Below are positions 1 to 12,790 of a stretch of 64,000 nt of DNA, piece by piece. Source of the DNA: Ectothiorhodospiraceae bacterium (GTDB lineage Bacteria; Pseudomonadota; Gammaproteobacteria; HK1); assembly GCA_024234875.1 (NCBI GenBank), contig JACKNM010000016.1, positions 1 to 64,000 of the forward strand, given 5' to 3'. The notes under the pieces were generated by a model. That model ran no database searches. It worked only from the letters and a program-made list of their open reading frames with translations, and was not told the origin of the DNA. Both the position numbers and the translations under genes were made by a program. How positions within the stretch are numbered: the first letter of the stretch is position 1; the number at the start of each line of letters is the position of its first letter.

Positions 1-1410
1 TTCACCATCGCCCCGTGTCGCGCGCGCGATCGCGATCTCACCATGCGCAACCTGGTGCGGGTCGAGGGCATGTCGCTGGAGGCGATGCGGGCCGGCATCG
101 ACTGGTCGTTCGAGAGTTTTCCCGAGTACATGGACCGGCTGCAGGCGCGCGGGGTGGGGCCGAACGTGGCGGCCTTCGTCGGCCATTCCTCGCTGCGCAC
201 CTATGTGATGGGCGAGGACGCGCCGCGGCGGGCGGCGCGCGCCGAGGAGGTGGCGGAGATGCGTCGCCTGGTGGTCGAGGCGATGGGCGCCGGGGCCATC
301 GGTTTCGCGACCTCGACCTCGCCGTCGCACAACGGCGCCGGCGGCGAGCCGATGCCCTCGCGGCTCGCCGACGAGCACGAGATGCGCGCGCTGGTCGGCG
401 CATTGGGTGAGGTCGGACGCGGGATCTTCATGCTGACCAAGGGCGGCGAGACCACGATTCCGTTCCTCGAGTCGTTGGCCGCGGACACCGGTCGGCCGGT
501 GATGATCGCGGCGTTGCTGCACAACGCGACACGCCCGGAGGCGGTGTTCGACGACCTCGAGGCGATCGCGGCCGCCCAGGCGCGTGGACGCGCGTTGTGG
601 GGGCAGGTCTCGTGCTGCCCACTGACGCTCGAGTTCACGCTGCGCGCGCCCTATCCACTGGAGGGCATCCGTTCCTGGGCGCCGGCGATGCGGGCCGAGG
701 GCGAGGCACTGCGCGCGCTCTACGCCGATCCGGCGTTTCGCGCTGCGGTGCGCCGCGACCTCGAGGAGCCGATCGCGGTGCGCCTGTTCAACGGCGAGTG
801 GCACAAGCTGCGCGTGGTCGAGGTCGCGCGCGAGGCGAATCGACATCTCGAGGGCAAGAGCCTGGCCGACATCGCCCGTGAGGCGGGGCGCGATCCGCTC
901 GCGTGCATGCTCGATCTCGCGCTCGCCGAGGATCTCGACACCCTGTTCGTGGCCGAGCTGCTGAACTCCGACGAGGACGCGGTCGCCCGGCTCATCCGCC
1001 ACCCCGCGAGCTCGGTGGCGCTGTCCGACGCCGGTGCCCACCTCACCTTCTTCTGCGACGCGGGCTTCGGGCTGCGCCTGCTCGGCTACTGGTCGCGCGA
1101 CCGCGGGGTGCTTCCGCTCGAGGCCGCGGTGCACGCGCTCACCGCGGCCCCGGCCGACATCTTCGGCATCCGCGACCGCGGGCGACTGGTACCCGGCGCC
1201 TGGGCGGATCTGATGCTGTTCGACCCCGACACCGTCGACCGCGGCCCGAACCGCAGAGTCCACGACCTGCCCTCCGGGGCGGCGCGACTGGTGAACGACG
1301 CACGCGGCCTCGTCGGCGTGTGGGTCAACGGGGTGCGGGTCTGCGCGGACGGGCGCGCGGTTCCCGGCGCCGGCACGCCCGGGCAGCTGCTGCGCGGCTT
1401 CTCCACCTGA
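1..1410 (+). CDS. D-aminoacylase-family amidohydrolase (N-acyl-D-amino-acid deacylase-like); 5' end lies upstream of the window
   Basis: The reading frame is open from nt 1 with no upstream stop, and the ORF track lists 43..1410. The C-terminal region (DLMLFDP...VWVNGVRV) and the overall composition resemble amidohydrolase-3 / D-aminoacylase enzymes. Assignment is by eye. Confidence 0.55.
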   Translation, partial: FTIAPCRARDRDLTMRNLVRVEGMSLEAMRAGIDWSFESFPEYMDRLQARGVGPNVAAFVGHSSLRTYVMGEDAPRRAARAEEVAEMRRLVVEAMGAGAIGFATSTSPSHNGAGGEPMPSRLADEHEMRALVGALGEVGRGIFMLTKGGETTIPFLESLAADTGRPVMIAALLHNATRPEAVFDDLEAIAAAQARGRALWGQVSCCPLTLEFTLRAPYPLEGIRSWAPAMRAEGEALRALYADPAFRAAVRRDLEEPIAVRLFNGEWHKLRVVEVAREANRHLEGKSLADIAREAGRDPLACMLDLALAEDLDTLFVAELLNSDEDAVARLIRHPASSVALSDAGAHLTFFCDAGFGLRLLGYWSRDRGVLPLEAAVHALTAAPADIFGIRDRGRLVPGAWADLMLFDPDTVDRGPNRRVHDLPSGAARLVNDARGLVGVWVNGVRVCADGRAVPGAGTPGQLLRGFST

Positions 1411-1425
1411 CCCGGACCGCACGCG

Positions 1426-2217
1426 ATGATCGAGATGCTGCACCGGCCCTCACGTGGGCGCGCGCGCCTGGCGGTACCCATGGTGCTGGTGCACGGTGGC
1501 TACATGGCGGCCTGGGTGTGGGACGAGCATCTGCTCCCTCACCTCGCCACCGCCGGCATCGACGCCTGGGCGCCGAGCCTGCGCGGGCACGGGGGGAGCG
1601 AGGGTCGAGACCGGCTCGACAGCTTCGACCTCGACGACTACGTGGCCGATCTCGGCTCGGTGGTCGCGCGGATGGAGGCGCCGCCACTGCTGGTCGGGCA
1701 CTCGATGGGGGCGCTGGTGGTGCAGCGCTATCTCGCGGGCGGCGGGCGGGCCACCGCCGCGATGCTGCTCGCGCCGGTGCCTCCCTGGGGGCTCGGCGCA
1801 CCGTCGATGGAGCTCGCCCTGCGCGATCCGCTGCTGTGGACCGAGGCTGCGTTCCTCCATGTCGGTGGCCCGCGCATGGCGAGCCTGCCGGTGCTGCGCC
1901 GCGCGCTGTTCGGGGCCGGTGTCGATCCGGTGCTCGCCCGGACCTACCTCTCGCGCCTGCAGCCCGAGTCGACGCTCGCGATCGCGCAGATGTGCGCCAT
2001 GGCGCCACTCGGGTGGTCCCCCGGTGGCGCGGTGCCGGTGGCGGTGACCGGTGGGCGCGAGGACGGGCTGTTCTCGGTGGCGTCGCTGCGCGCCTGCGCG
2101 GCGTGGCACGGCGTGAGCGCGACGGTCCTCGACGGCTTGGGGCACGCGTTGATGCTCGAGCCCGGATGGCGCGGGTTGGCCGAGCACCTGGTGGAGTGGG
2201 CGCGGGCGTCGAGCTGA
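1426..2217 (+). CDS. alpha/beta-fold hydrolase
   Basis: 263 aa. It has a VLVHGG oxyanion-type motif and a GHSMGA nucleophile elbow (GxSxG). Confidence 0.6.
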   Translation: MIEMLHRPSRGRARLAVPMVLVHGGYMAAWVWDEHLLPHLATAGIDAWAPSLRGHGGSEGRDRLDSFDLDDYVADLGSVVARMEAPPLLVGHSMGALVVQRYLAGGGRATAAMLLAPVPPWGLGAPSMELALRDPLLWTEAAFLHVGGPRMASLPVLRRALFGAGVDPVLARTYLSRLQPESTLAIAQMCAMAPLGWSPGGAVPVAVTGGREDGLFSVASLRACAAWHGVSATVLDGLGHALMLEPGWRGLAEHLVEWARASS

Positions 2218-2355
2218 GCCACGGGCTGCGCGTGGGCGGCGCGCCAGGGCGTGGCTCGTCGCCGGCGGCGGGCCGGGCAACGCTCGCCTTCGAGCTGATA
2301 AGCTCGTCGCCGCGACGATGACGACAACGAGAGAACCACCACCGAAGGAGGCGCG

Positions 2356-3483
2356 ATGACCGGCTCCGCGGACGCGACGACGGCGCTCGCCCACACTCCG
2401 TTACACGCCCTGCACGAGGAGCTCGGCGGGCGCATGGTCGCCTTCGCCGGCCACGCCCTGCCGGTGCAGTACCCGTCGGGGATCATGTCGGAGCACCGGC
2501 ACACCCGTGATGCCTGCTCCCTGTTCGACGTGTCCCACATGGGGCAGCTTCGCCTGCCGGTGGCGGCGGCCGGCGCACTCGAGGCACTGGTGCCCACCGA
2601 CGTGCTCGGCCTCGCCAGCGGGCGCCAGCGCTACACGTTCCTCACCACCGACGACGGCGGCATCCTCGACGACCTGATGGTCGCGCGCCTCGACGACGCG
2701 CTGATCATCGTCTGCAACGCCGCCAACAAGGCTGCGGACGTCGCCCACCTCGAGGCGCGCCTCGGCGCGGGAGCGGGCCTGCGCGTGCTCGACGACCGCG
2801 CGCTGCTCGCGCTGCAGGGACCGGGGGCGGAGACGGCGCTCGCCGCGCTCGCCCCGGGGGCGGCGGGAATGCGGTTCATGGACGTGGCGGAGCTCGACGT
2901 CGGCGGCCACACCTGCGTGGTGTCGCGCTCCGGCTATACCGGTGAGGACGGCTACGAGATCTCGGTCGCCGCCGACGCGGCGATCGCTCTCGCGCGTGCC
3001 CTGCTCGCCCGCGAGGGCGTGGCCCCGGCAGGGCTCGGCGCGCGCGACTCGTTGCGTCTGGAGGCGGGGCTCTGTCTCCACGGCCACGACATCGACACCA
3101 CCACCTCGCCGGTCGAGGCCGGTCTCACCTGGGCCATTCCGCGGGTGCGACGCGCCGGCGGCGCGCGCGCCGGTGGCTTCGCCGGGTCGGAGGTGGTCCT
3201 CGGTCAGATTGCCGGCGGCACCAGTCGCCGACGGGTCGGAATCCGGCCCGCGGGCCGGGCCCCGGTGCGTGAGGGCGCGGTCGTGGTCGGGACCGACGGC
3301 GCCGAGATCGGCCGGGTGACCAGCGGCGGCTTCGGGCCGACGGTGCGCGCGCCGGTGGCGATGGGCTACGTCGCCGCCGACCACGCCGCCGACGGTAGCG
3401 AGCTCGGGGCGGTGGTGCGTGGGGAGACGTTGCCGGCGGTGGTGGCACCGCTGCCGTTCGTGGCCCACCGGTATCGCCGCTGA
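2356..3483 (+). CDS. gcvT: glycine cleavage system T protein (aminomethyltransferase)
   Basis: 375 aa. The N-terminus (TPLHALHEELGGRMVAFAGHALPVQY...FDVSHMGQL) is typical of GcvT. It is followed by gcvH and gcvP. The RBS GAAGGAGG lies immediately upstream. Confidence 0.9.
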   Translation: MTGSADATTALAHTPLHALHEELGGRMVAFAGHALPVQYPSGIMSEHRHTRDACSLFDVSHMGQLRLPVAAAGALEALVPTDVLGLASGRQRYTFLTTDDGGILDDLMVARLDDALIIVCNAANKAADVAHLEARLGAGAGLRVLDDRALLALQGPGAETALAALAPGAAGMRFMDVAELDVGGHTCVVSRSGYTGEDGYEISVAADAAIALARALLAREGVAPAGLGARDSLRLEAGLCLHGHDIDTTTSPVEAGLTWAIPRVRRAGGARAGGFAGSEVVLGQIAGGTSRRRVGIRPAGRAPVREGAVVVGTDGAEIGRVTSGGFGPTVRAPVAMGYVAADHAADGSELGAVVRGETLPAVVAPLPFVAHRYRR

Positions 3484-3617
3484 GGCACGATTGGCCGTCG
3501 CAGCGCGGCGTGCACTCGTGGCGGCTTTCCCCTAGGCTTCGTGGTTTCGGTGGCGGGGGCGCAGCGGCGTCACCCGCCTGGTCGGCAGCGGCATCAGGAC
3601 ACCCCCGGGGGGAGCAG

Positions 3618-3995
3618 ATGAGCGAGTGCAAGTTCACCAAGGATCACGAGTGGATTCGCATGGAGGGTGACGAGATCGGGGTGGTCGGCATCACCGATTA
3701 CGCCCAGGACCAGCTCGGTGAGCTGGTGTTCGTGAACCTGCCCGAGGTCGGGACCGAGTACGCCGCCGGGGCCGAGACCGCGGTCGTCGAGTCGGTCAAG
3801 GCGGCGGGTGAGGTCAAGGCACCGGTGACCGGCGTCGTGGTCGAGGTCAATGCCTCGCTCGCCGAGGAGCCCGAGAAGGTCAACAACGACCCGATGGGCG
3901 AGGGCTGGTTCCTCAAGATCCGCGTGAGCGATGCGGCGGAGCTCGACGGGCTGATGGACGAGAACGCGTACCAGGCCTACGTCGCCGATTTGTGA
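3618..3995 (+). CDS. gcvH: glycine cleavage system H protein (lipoyl carrier)
   Basis: The tracked ORF is 3510..3995. The conserved GcvH sequence begins at the internal ATG at 3618 ([45 protein letters not shown]), and GGGGGAG precedes it. The lipoyl-lysine region is ESVKAAGE. Confidence 0.9.
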   Translation: MSECKFTKDHEWIRMEGDEIGVVGITDYAQDQLGELVFVNLPEVGTEYAAGAETAVVESVKAAGEVKAPVTGVVVEVNASLAEEPEKVNNDPMGEGWFLKIRVSDAAELDGLMDENAYQAYVADL

Positions 3996-4044
3996 GCCGT
4001 GCGACGCCGTCGGGTGGCGTTCGCAGCAGAGGGTGAGGTCAGAG

Positions 4045-6951
<2,907 letters not shown>

Positions 6952-7176
6952 CCAGGCGACCTGCTCGGTCCGACGTCGCGCGCTGCGGCGCGCGGCACGC
7001 CACGGTGGAGTCGGCGTGACCGCTCGACTCCACGCGACACTCGCGCCCGCGCTACCGGACGGCGCGTGGCACGAAATCTGCTTGATACGGTCAGGCCGAC
7101 CGCGCGACGCGCTCCGGGTGTGCAACGCCCGACCACCGTCGTCGTCGGCCGGCGTCGAGCACTGGAGGCACGTCTG

Positions 7177-8352
7177 ATGGTGAGCGAGACCCTGGCCATC
7201 GTCCTCGCCGGCGACCGCGGCGAGGGCCTGGCGCCGTTGACGAATCGCCGCGCCAAGGCGGCCGTCCCGTTCGGCGGCGAGTACCGCCTCATCGACTTCC
7301 CGCTGACCAACTGCCTGCGCTCGGGGTTGCGACACGTGCTGGTGACGACGGAGAACAAGTCGCATCCGCTGCTGCGTCACTTGCGCGACGGTTGGAGCAT
7401 CTTCAACCCGGCGCTCGGAGAGTACGTGATGCCGGTGCCGGCGGAGTCGACCGGTGACGGCGCGGGTCGGCACGGGGCGACCGAGGCACTGCGGCAGTGC
7501 CGCGACATGGTCGCGCGCAGTGACGCGCGCACCGTGCTGGTGCTGCCGGGGCATCACGTCTACCGGATGGACTACGCGGCACTGGTCGAGTACCACGACG
7601 AGCACGGGTTCGACCTCACCATCGGTTGCCTGGAGGCCTCGCGCCATCGTCTGGACGGTTTCCAGACGGTGGTGGTCGGCGACGATGGGCGGGTGACCAC
7701 GTTGTCGCCGCCGGACTCGGCGCCGGCGGGTCGCGAGCTGCTCTCGATGCGGGTCTACGCCTTCGCGCGCGAGACCTTGCTCGACGCCCTGGCGAGCGCG
7801 ACCGGCGGTGACCTGGATCTGGAGCTCGTCCCGGGCATCGTCGGCGCCCACCGGGTGGGCGCGTACCGTTTCGGCGGCCGCGCGGGCCGGGTGTCACAGG
7901 ACCGGTTCTTCAGCCCTGTCGACACCGTCGACGAGTACTTCGCCGCCAACATGGCACTGCTCGAGCCGGTGCCGCCGCTCGATCTGTACCAGGACTCGTG
8001 GACCATCTGGAGCTCGACCGGCAAGCATCCCCCGGCGCGCACGGTGTCGAGCGCGTCCGGCAACGAGGGCATCTTCGTCAACTCCATCGTCTCCAACGGC
8101 ACCGTGATCACCGGCGGCGTGGTGAGCCGTAGCGTGCTCTGCCCGCAGGTCCGGGTGCAGGACTCGGCCTCGGTGGAGGAGTCGATCCTGTTCGACGGCG
8201 TGGTGGTCGGCGAAGGGGCGCAGCTGCGGCGCTGCATCGTCGACAAGCAGGTCGTGATCGAGCGCGGCGACCGGATCGGTTTCGACGCCCGCGAGGATGC
8301 GCGTCGCTTCCACGTCACCGACACCGGGATCGTGGTGGTGCCGGCGGCCTGA
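7177..8352 (+). CDS. glgC: glucose-1-phosphate adenylyltransferase
   Basis: The tracked ORF is 7066..8352. The conserved GlgC N-terminus (LAIVLAGDRGEGLAPLTNRRAKAAVPFGGEYRLIDFPLTNCLRSG) starts at the ATG at 7177. Confidence 0.8.
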   Translation: MVSETLAIVLAGDRGEGLAPLTNRRAKAAVPFGGEYRLIDFPLTNCLRSGLRHVLVTTENKSHPLLRHLRDGWSIFNPALGEYVMPVPAESTGDGAGRHGATEALRQCRDMVARSDARTVLVLPGHHVYRMDYAALVEYHDEHGFDLTIGCLEASRHRLDGFQTVVVGDDGRVTTLSPPDSAPAGRELLSMRVYAFARETLLDALASATGGDLDLELVPGIVGAHRVGAYRFGGRAGRVSQDRFFSPVDTVDEYFAANMALLEPVPPLDLYQDSWTIWSSTGKHPPARTVSSASGNEGIFVNSIVSNGTVITGGVVSRSVLCPQVRVQDSASVEESILFDGVVVGEGAQLRRCIVDKQVVIERGDRIGFDAREDARRFHVTDTGIVVVPAA

Positions 8353-8356
8353 GAGT

Positions 8357-8415
8357 CGCCGCCGGGGTGCGCAAGCTGCGGCAGTCACTTCAGCAGCTTG
8401 CGCACCCCGGCGGCG
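8357..8415. terminator. bidirectional stem-loop between convergent glgC and malonyl-CoA decarboxylase genes
   Basis: Near-perfect inverted repeat: CGCCGCCGGGGTGCGCAAGCTGC (8357-8379), a 13-nt loop, then GCAGCTTGCGCACCCCGGCGGCG (8393-8415). There is no U-tract, which is common in high-GC genomes. It overlaps the last codons of the minus-strand gene. Confidence 0.4.
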
Positions 8416-9782
8416 GCGGTGACGCGGCCGTCGCCTCGATAGGCCTCGTGGTTGCGCTCGACCTCGTTGAGTCGATAGAGGTAGTTGACCATCAGCGAGG
8501 CCGATTGCTCGATGCCCTTCGGGGAGGTGTCGGCGAGCCAGTTCAGACGCTCGATGCGCGCACCGTTGGTCAGATGGAAGTGCGCCACCCGGTCGCGGGC
8601 GCGGGCGCCGTGGCGTGCCTCGACGAGGTAACGCGCGCAGGCGCGCATCAGCGGCTCGCGCAGCGCCTCGGCCCGCGCCTCGTCCTCCCACCAGGCCGCG
8701 CTCGCGAGCGCGCGGCGCAGATCGCTGGTCTCGAACGCCGCCTCGAGCGACCTCGCCTCCGACTCGGCGACCAGATCGGCGTCGGCGGCGTCGATTCGCT
8801 CGTCGAGCCAGTCCCGGAAGCCGGGGACCGGTGACAGGGTGGCGAAGCGCTTGAGGTTCGGGAGCTGGCGCGCGAGGTCGTCGGCCACGCGCTTGATCAG
8901 GAAGCTGCCGAAGCTGACGCCGGCGAGACCCGCCTGGCAGTTCGAGATCGAGTAGAAGATCGCGCTGTCCGCATCCTCCGAATCACCGAGCGGCGCCCGC
9001 TCGTCGAGCAACGCCTGGACGTTGTCCGCCATTCCGGTCACCAGGGCCACCTGCACGAAGATGAGGGGCTCCTCGGGCATGTTGGGATGGAAGAACGCGT
9101 AGCAGCGTCGATCACCCTCCAGGCGATGCTTCAGGTCGTCCCAGGAGCGGAAGGCGTGGACCGCCTCGTACTCGATGAGCTTCTCGAGCAGGGCTGCCGG
9201 GGTGCGCCAGGTGATGCGCTCGAGAGTCAGGAACCCGACGTCGAACCACGAGGTGAGCAGGGCACGGAGATCGGTCTCGAGCGCGCGCAGGCCGGGGTCG
9301 TCCCCGACCTGGGAGAGCAGCTCCGCGCGGAGGTCGACCAGAAACTTCACCCCCTGGCGCAGGCCGTTGAACTGGCCGAGCAAGCGCACCCGCGGCGCCA
9401 CCAGGACCTCGCGCAGTCGCCGGCGCGCGGTGGCGCGGGCGCGCTCGTCGACCGCCTCGCGGTAGGCCGCGATCGCCTCGTCGAGCGCGTCGGGCGCGGT
9501 GTCGTACTCGCGCGCCAGGATGTCGAGGAAACGGCGCCGGCCGGTGGCGTCGAGAACCAGGTAGGTCTCGCCGAGCTCGGCGGCCCGGGTGCGCGCCGAG
9601 ACCTCGCCGCCCTGGCCGCGCAGGCAGGCGTCGATCTGCTGGCGCAGGCGATCCGCGTCGTCCTCGGGCAGGTCGGCCTGGACGCCGTCCTTCAACGGTC
9701 CACGCGCACCGCCGGCGCGACGCAACGCGCGGCGCATGCCTCGCAGCGTGCGGTTCAGGAATCCTGCCTGCGGCTCACTCAC
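8385..9782 (-). CDS. malonyl-CoA decarboxylase
   Basis: 465 aa with a GTG start. The sequence features (FFHPNMPEEPLIFVQVAL, ATLSPVPGFRDWL) are characteristic of the MCD family. Confidence 0.8.
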   Translation of the reverse strand: MSEPQAGFLNRTLRGMRRALRRAGGARGPLKDGVQADLPEDDADRLRQQIDACLRGQGGEVSARTRAAELGETYLVLDATGRRRFLDILAREYDTAPDALDEAIAAYREAVDERARATARRRLREVLVAPRVRLLGQFNGLRQGVKFLVDLRAELLSQVGDDPGLRALETDLRALLTSWFDVGFLTLERITWRTPAALLEKLIEYEAVHAFRSWDDLKHRLEGDRRCYAFFHPNMPEEPLIFVQVALVTGMADNVQALLDERAPLGDSEDADSAIFYSISNCQAGLAGVSFGSFLIKRVADDLARQLPNLKRFATLSPVPGFRDWLDERIDAADADLVAESEARSLEAAFETSDLRRALASAAWWEDEARAEALREPLMRACARYLVEARHGARARDRVAHFHLTNGARIERLNWLADTSPKGIEQSASLMVNYLYRLNEVERNHEAYRGDGRVTAAAGVRKLLK

Positions 9783-9894
9783 CCGTGCCTCCCCCGCGCG
9801 CCGGCCGGCGCGCTCGTCGGTGCACCACCGGGTATCGGCCGCGCCGATGAAAGGCGCAGCCGTGGCGGTGGTGCGCTGGTCTCGACCTCGGCCG

Positions 9895-10671
9895 TCAGCG
9901 GTGCTGCCAGCGCGGCTCGCGCTTCTCGAGGAAAGCGCGCATGCCCTCCTTCTGGTCGGCGAGTCCGAAGGCGGCCTGGAACAGCCGCCGCTCGTGCAGG
10001 CAGCCCTCGGCCAGCGTGGTCTCGAAGGCGCGGTCCACCGCCTCCTTGACCAGCAAGGTGGCCGGCAGCGACATCGAGGCGATGGTGGTGGCGGCCTCCA
10101 GGACCTCCGCCTCCAGCCGGTCGAGCGGGACCACCCGACTCACCAGACCGGCCTGCACGGCCTCCTCGGCATCCATCAGGCGCGCGGTGAGGCACATGTC
10201 CATCGCACGCGCCTTGCCCACGGCGCGGGCGAGGCGCTGGGTGCCGCCGAAGCCGGGGAGGACGCCGAGCTTGATCTCCGGCTGGCCGAACTTGGCGTTG
10301 TCGGCGGCCACGATGAAGTCACACATCATCGCCAGCTCGCAGCCGCCGCCGAGGGCATAACCGGCCACCGCCGCAATCAGCGGCTTGCGCCGTTGGCCGA
10401 GCTTCGCCGCGTCACCCGAGAGGTGCTCCTCGACCATCATCTCGGCCGGGGTGCGCTCGGCCATCTCGGAGATGTCGGCACCGGCGGCGAACGCGCGCTC
10501 GTTGCCGGTGAGGACGATGCAGCCGACGGTGTCGTCGCTCTCCAGCGCGTCCAGCGCCGCGCGCAGCTCGCGCAAGAGCTCGATGTTCAGCGCGTTCAGG
10601 ACCTTCGGTCGGTTGAGCCGAACGAGGGCGACGCGGCCGTGCCGCTCGACGTGAATATTGACGTAGATCAT
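9895..10671 (-). CDS. enoyl-CoA hydratase/isomerase (crotonase family)
   Basis: The tracked ORF is 9895..10755. The crotonase N-terminus (MIYVNIHVERHGRVALVRLNRPKVLNALN) starts at the ATG at complement 10671, with an AAGGAGA RBS. The oxyanion-hole region AAVAGYALGGGCELAM is present. Confidence 0.8.
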   Translation of the reverse strand: MIYVNIHVERHGRVALVRLNRPKVLNALNIELLRELRAALDALESDDTVGCIVLTGNERAFAAGADISEMAERTPAEMMVEEHLSGDAAKLGQRRKPLIAAVAGYALGGGCELAMMCDFIVAADNAKFGQPEIKLGVLPGFGGTQRLARAVGKARAMDMCLTARLMDAEEAVQAGLVSRVVPLDRLEAEVLEAATTIASMSLPATLLVKEAVDRAFETTLAEGCLHERRLFQAAFGLADQKEGMRAFLEKREPRWQHR

Positions 10672-10742
10672 TGCCGTGCGGTCTCCTTGGAGGTCTTCTC
10701 GGTGCGCCGGACGCACCGGGCGCACCAGCCTGGGGCGTGATG

Positions 10743-10770
10743 TTGCGTCGCACAAACGTCCTGTTATGAT
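10743..10770 (+). promoter_or_regulatory. candidate sigma70-type promoter for the prpE-like gene
   Basis: TTGCGT (10743-10748), a 16-nt spacer, then TATGAT (10765-10770), about 38 nt upstream of the ATG at 10809. It lies in the divergent intergenic region shared with the enoyl-CoA hydratase / MCD operon. Confidence 0.3.
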
Positions 10771-10808
10771 GCCGCGACCGAGGCGGCCTGACCAGGGGGA
10801 GGAGAACG

Positions 10809-12704
10809 ATGGGCGGGCGGTACGAGGAAACCCACCGACGGTCGATCGCGGATCCAGAGGGGTTCTGGGCCGAGGCGGCCGAGGCCATTCACTGGAATCG
10901 CCGCTGGGACCGGGTGCTCGACGACTCCGGCAAGCCGTTCTACCGCTGGTTCACCGGGGGCGAGCTCAACACCTGCTACAACGCGCTCGACTACCACGTC
11001 GAGCGCGGCCGTGCCGACCAGGCCGCTCTCGTCTACGACAGCCCCGTCACCTCGACCAGGCGGACCTACACCTACCGCGAGCTCCGCGACGAGACGGCAC
11101 GATTCGCCGGTGCGCTCGCCGCCGCCGGTGTCGGCAAGGGCGACCGCGTGATCGTCTACATGCCGATGGTGCCCGAGGCGGCGATCGCGATGCTCGCCTG
11201 CGCGCGCCTCGGCGCCATCCACTCGGTGGTGTTCGGAGGATTCGCCGCCAACGAGCTGGCGGTGCGCATCGACGACGCGAAGCCGAAGGTCATCGTCTCC
11301 GCCTCGTGCGGGATCGAGCCCGGGCGCATCGTCCAGTACAAGCCGCTCCTCGACCGCGCGATCGAGCTCGCCAAGCACGCGGTCGAGCGCACCATCGTCC
11401 TCCAGCGCGCCGCGCACCCCTGCGACCTCGTCGCCGGACGCGACCTCGACTGGGCGCAGGCGATGGCGGCCGCGCGGCCGCACGACTGCGTGCCGGTGGC
11501 GGCCACCGACCCGCTCTACGTCCTCTACACCTCCGGCACCACCGGGCAGCCGAAGGGGGTGGTGCGCGACAACGGCGGGCACGCGGTGGCGCTGAAGTGG
11601 ACGATGAAGAACATCTACGGTGTCGAGCCGGGTGAGGTGTTCTGGGCCGCCTCCGACGTCGGCTGGGTCGTCGGCCACTCCTACATCGTCTACGCGCCCC
11701 TGCTCAACGGGAACACGACCATCCTCTACGAGGGAAAGCCGGTCGGGACACCGGATGCCGGTGCCTTCTGGCGCGTGCTCGCCGAGCACCAGGTGAGCGT
11801 GATGTTCACCGCGCCGACCGCGTTCCGGGCGATCAAGAAGGAGGACCCGAAGGGCACGTTGATCGGCGACTACGATCTCTCGCGGTTTCGCACCCTGTTC
11901 CTGGCCGGCGAGCGCACCGACCCCGACACCCTGCACTGGGCCGAGGAGAAGTTGAAGGTCCCGGTGATCGACCACTGGTGGCAGACCGAGACCGGCTGGT
12001 CGATCTGCGCCAACTGCATGGGCATCGAGCAGTTGCCGGTGAAGGCGGGGTCGCCGACCCGCGCCGCGCCGGGCATGGACGTGCAGGTGGTCGACGAGGG
12101 CTGCAACCGGCTCCCCGCCGGGCAGATCGGCGCTCTGGTGGTCAAGCTGCCGCTGCCTCCGGGCTCGCTGCCGACGCTGTGGAACGCCGATCAGCGCTTC
12201 GTCGACGCCTATCTCGCCGAGTTCCCCGGCTACTACAAGACCGCGGACGCCGGCTACATCGACGAGGACGGCTACGTCTTCGTGATGGCGCGCACCGACG
12301 ACATCATCAACGTCGCCGGCCACCGGCTCTCGACCGGCGGCATGGAGGAGGTGCTCGCCTCCCATCCCGACGTCGCCGAATGTGCGGTGATCGGCGTCGC
12401 CGACCAGCTCAAGGGACAGCTCCCACTCGGGTTCCTGGTGCTCAACGCCGGCGTCGAGCGCGGTGACGCGGAGATCGTCTCCGAGTGCGTGAAGCTCGTG
12501 CGCGAGCAGATCGGGCCGGTGGCCGCGTTCAAGACCGCGGTGGTGGTGAAGCGGCTGCCGAAGACGCGGTCTGGCAAGATCCTCCGCGGCACCATGCGCA
12601 GCATCGCGGATCGGGAGAGTTGGAAGATGCCGGCGACGATCGACGACCCGGCGACTCTCGACGAGATCACGGAGAGCTTGCGCGGGGTCGGTTACGCGGG
12701 CTGA
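10809..12704 (+). CDS. prpE: propionate--CoA ligase / short-chain acyl-CoA synthetase (acetyl-CoA synthetase family)
   Basis: 631 aa. The N-terminus SIADPEGFWAEAAEAIHW and the AMP-binding YTSGTTGQPKG motif are present. It sits immediately upstream of the methylmalonyl-CoA pathway genes. Specificity for propionate is inferred from that context only. Confidence 0.7.
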   Translation: MGGRYEETHRRSIADPEGFWAEAAEAIHWNRRWDRVLDDSGKPFYRWFTGGELNTCYNALDYHVERGRADQAALVYDSPVTSTRRTYTYRELRDETARFAGALAAAGVGKGDRVIVYMPMVPEAAIAMLACARLGAIHSVVFGGFAANELAVRIDDAKPKVIVSASCGIEPGRIVQYKPLLDRAIELAKHAVERTIVLQRAAHPCDLVAGRDLDWAQAMAAARPHDCVPVAATDPLYVLYTSGTTGQPKGVVRDNGGHAVALKWTMKNIYGVEPGEVFWAASDVGWVVGHSYIVYAPLLNGNTTILYEGKPVGTPDAGAFWRVLAEHQVSVMFTAPTAFRAIKKEDPKGTLIGDYDLSRFRTLFLAGERTDPDTLHWAEEKLKVPVIDHWWQTETGWSICANCMGIEQLPVKAGSPTRAAPGMDVQVVDEGCNRLPAGQIGALVVKLPLPPGSLPTLWNADQRFVDAYLAEFPGYYKTADAGYIDEDGYVFVMARTDDIINVAGHRLSTGGMEEVLASHPDVAECAVIGVADQLKGQLPLGFLVLNAGVERGDAEIVSECVKLVREQIGPVAAFKTAVVVKRLPKTRSGKILRGTMRSIADRESWKMPATIDDPATLDEITESLRGVGYAG

Positions 12705-12790
12705 GCCGGCGACCGCGGGTGGTCGCGAGAGGGTAACGGCGGCTTCCGGGAAGCGCGGCTATCCCCGGAGGCGGCGACAGGAGACGGTCG

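Noticed and set aside
2218-2355. Possible glycine riboswitch in the gcvT leader (GAGAGAACCACCACCGAAGGAGG resembles the GGAGAG…ACCGAAGGAGCAA core)
   Set aside because: The matching stretch runs straight into the ATG, so the AAGGAGG is simply the ribosome-binding site. The downstream CUCUCAGGC…GGAC elements are absent. The GcvT N-terminus aligns from 2356, so the leader cannot extend into the ORF. A covariance-model scan would settle it.
903-2394. ORFs 903..2321 (+, 472 aa) and 1450..2394 (-, 314 aa)
   Set aside because: They overlap the amidohydrolase and alpha/beta hydrolase genes in other frames or on the other strand. They are extremely Arg/Gly/Pro-rich, with no motifs.
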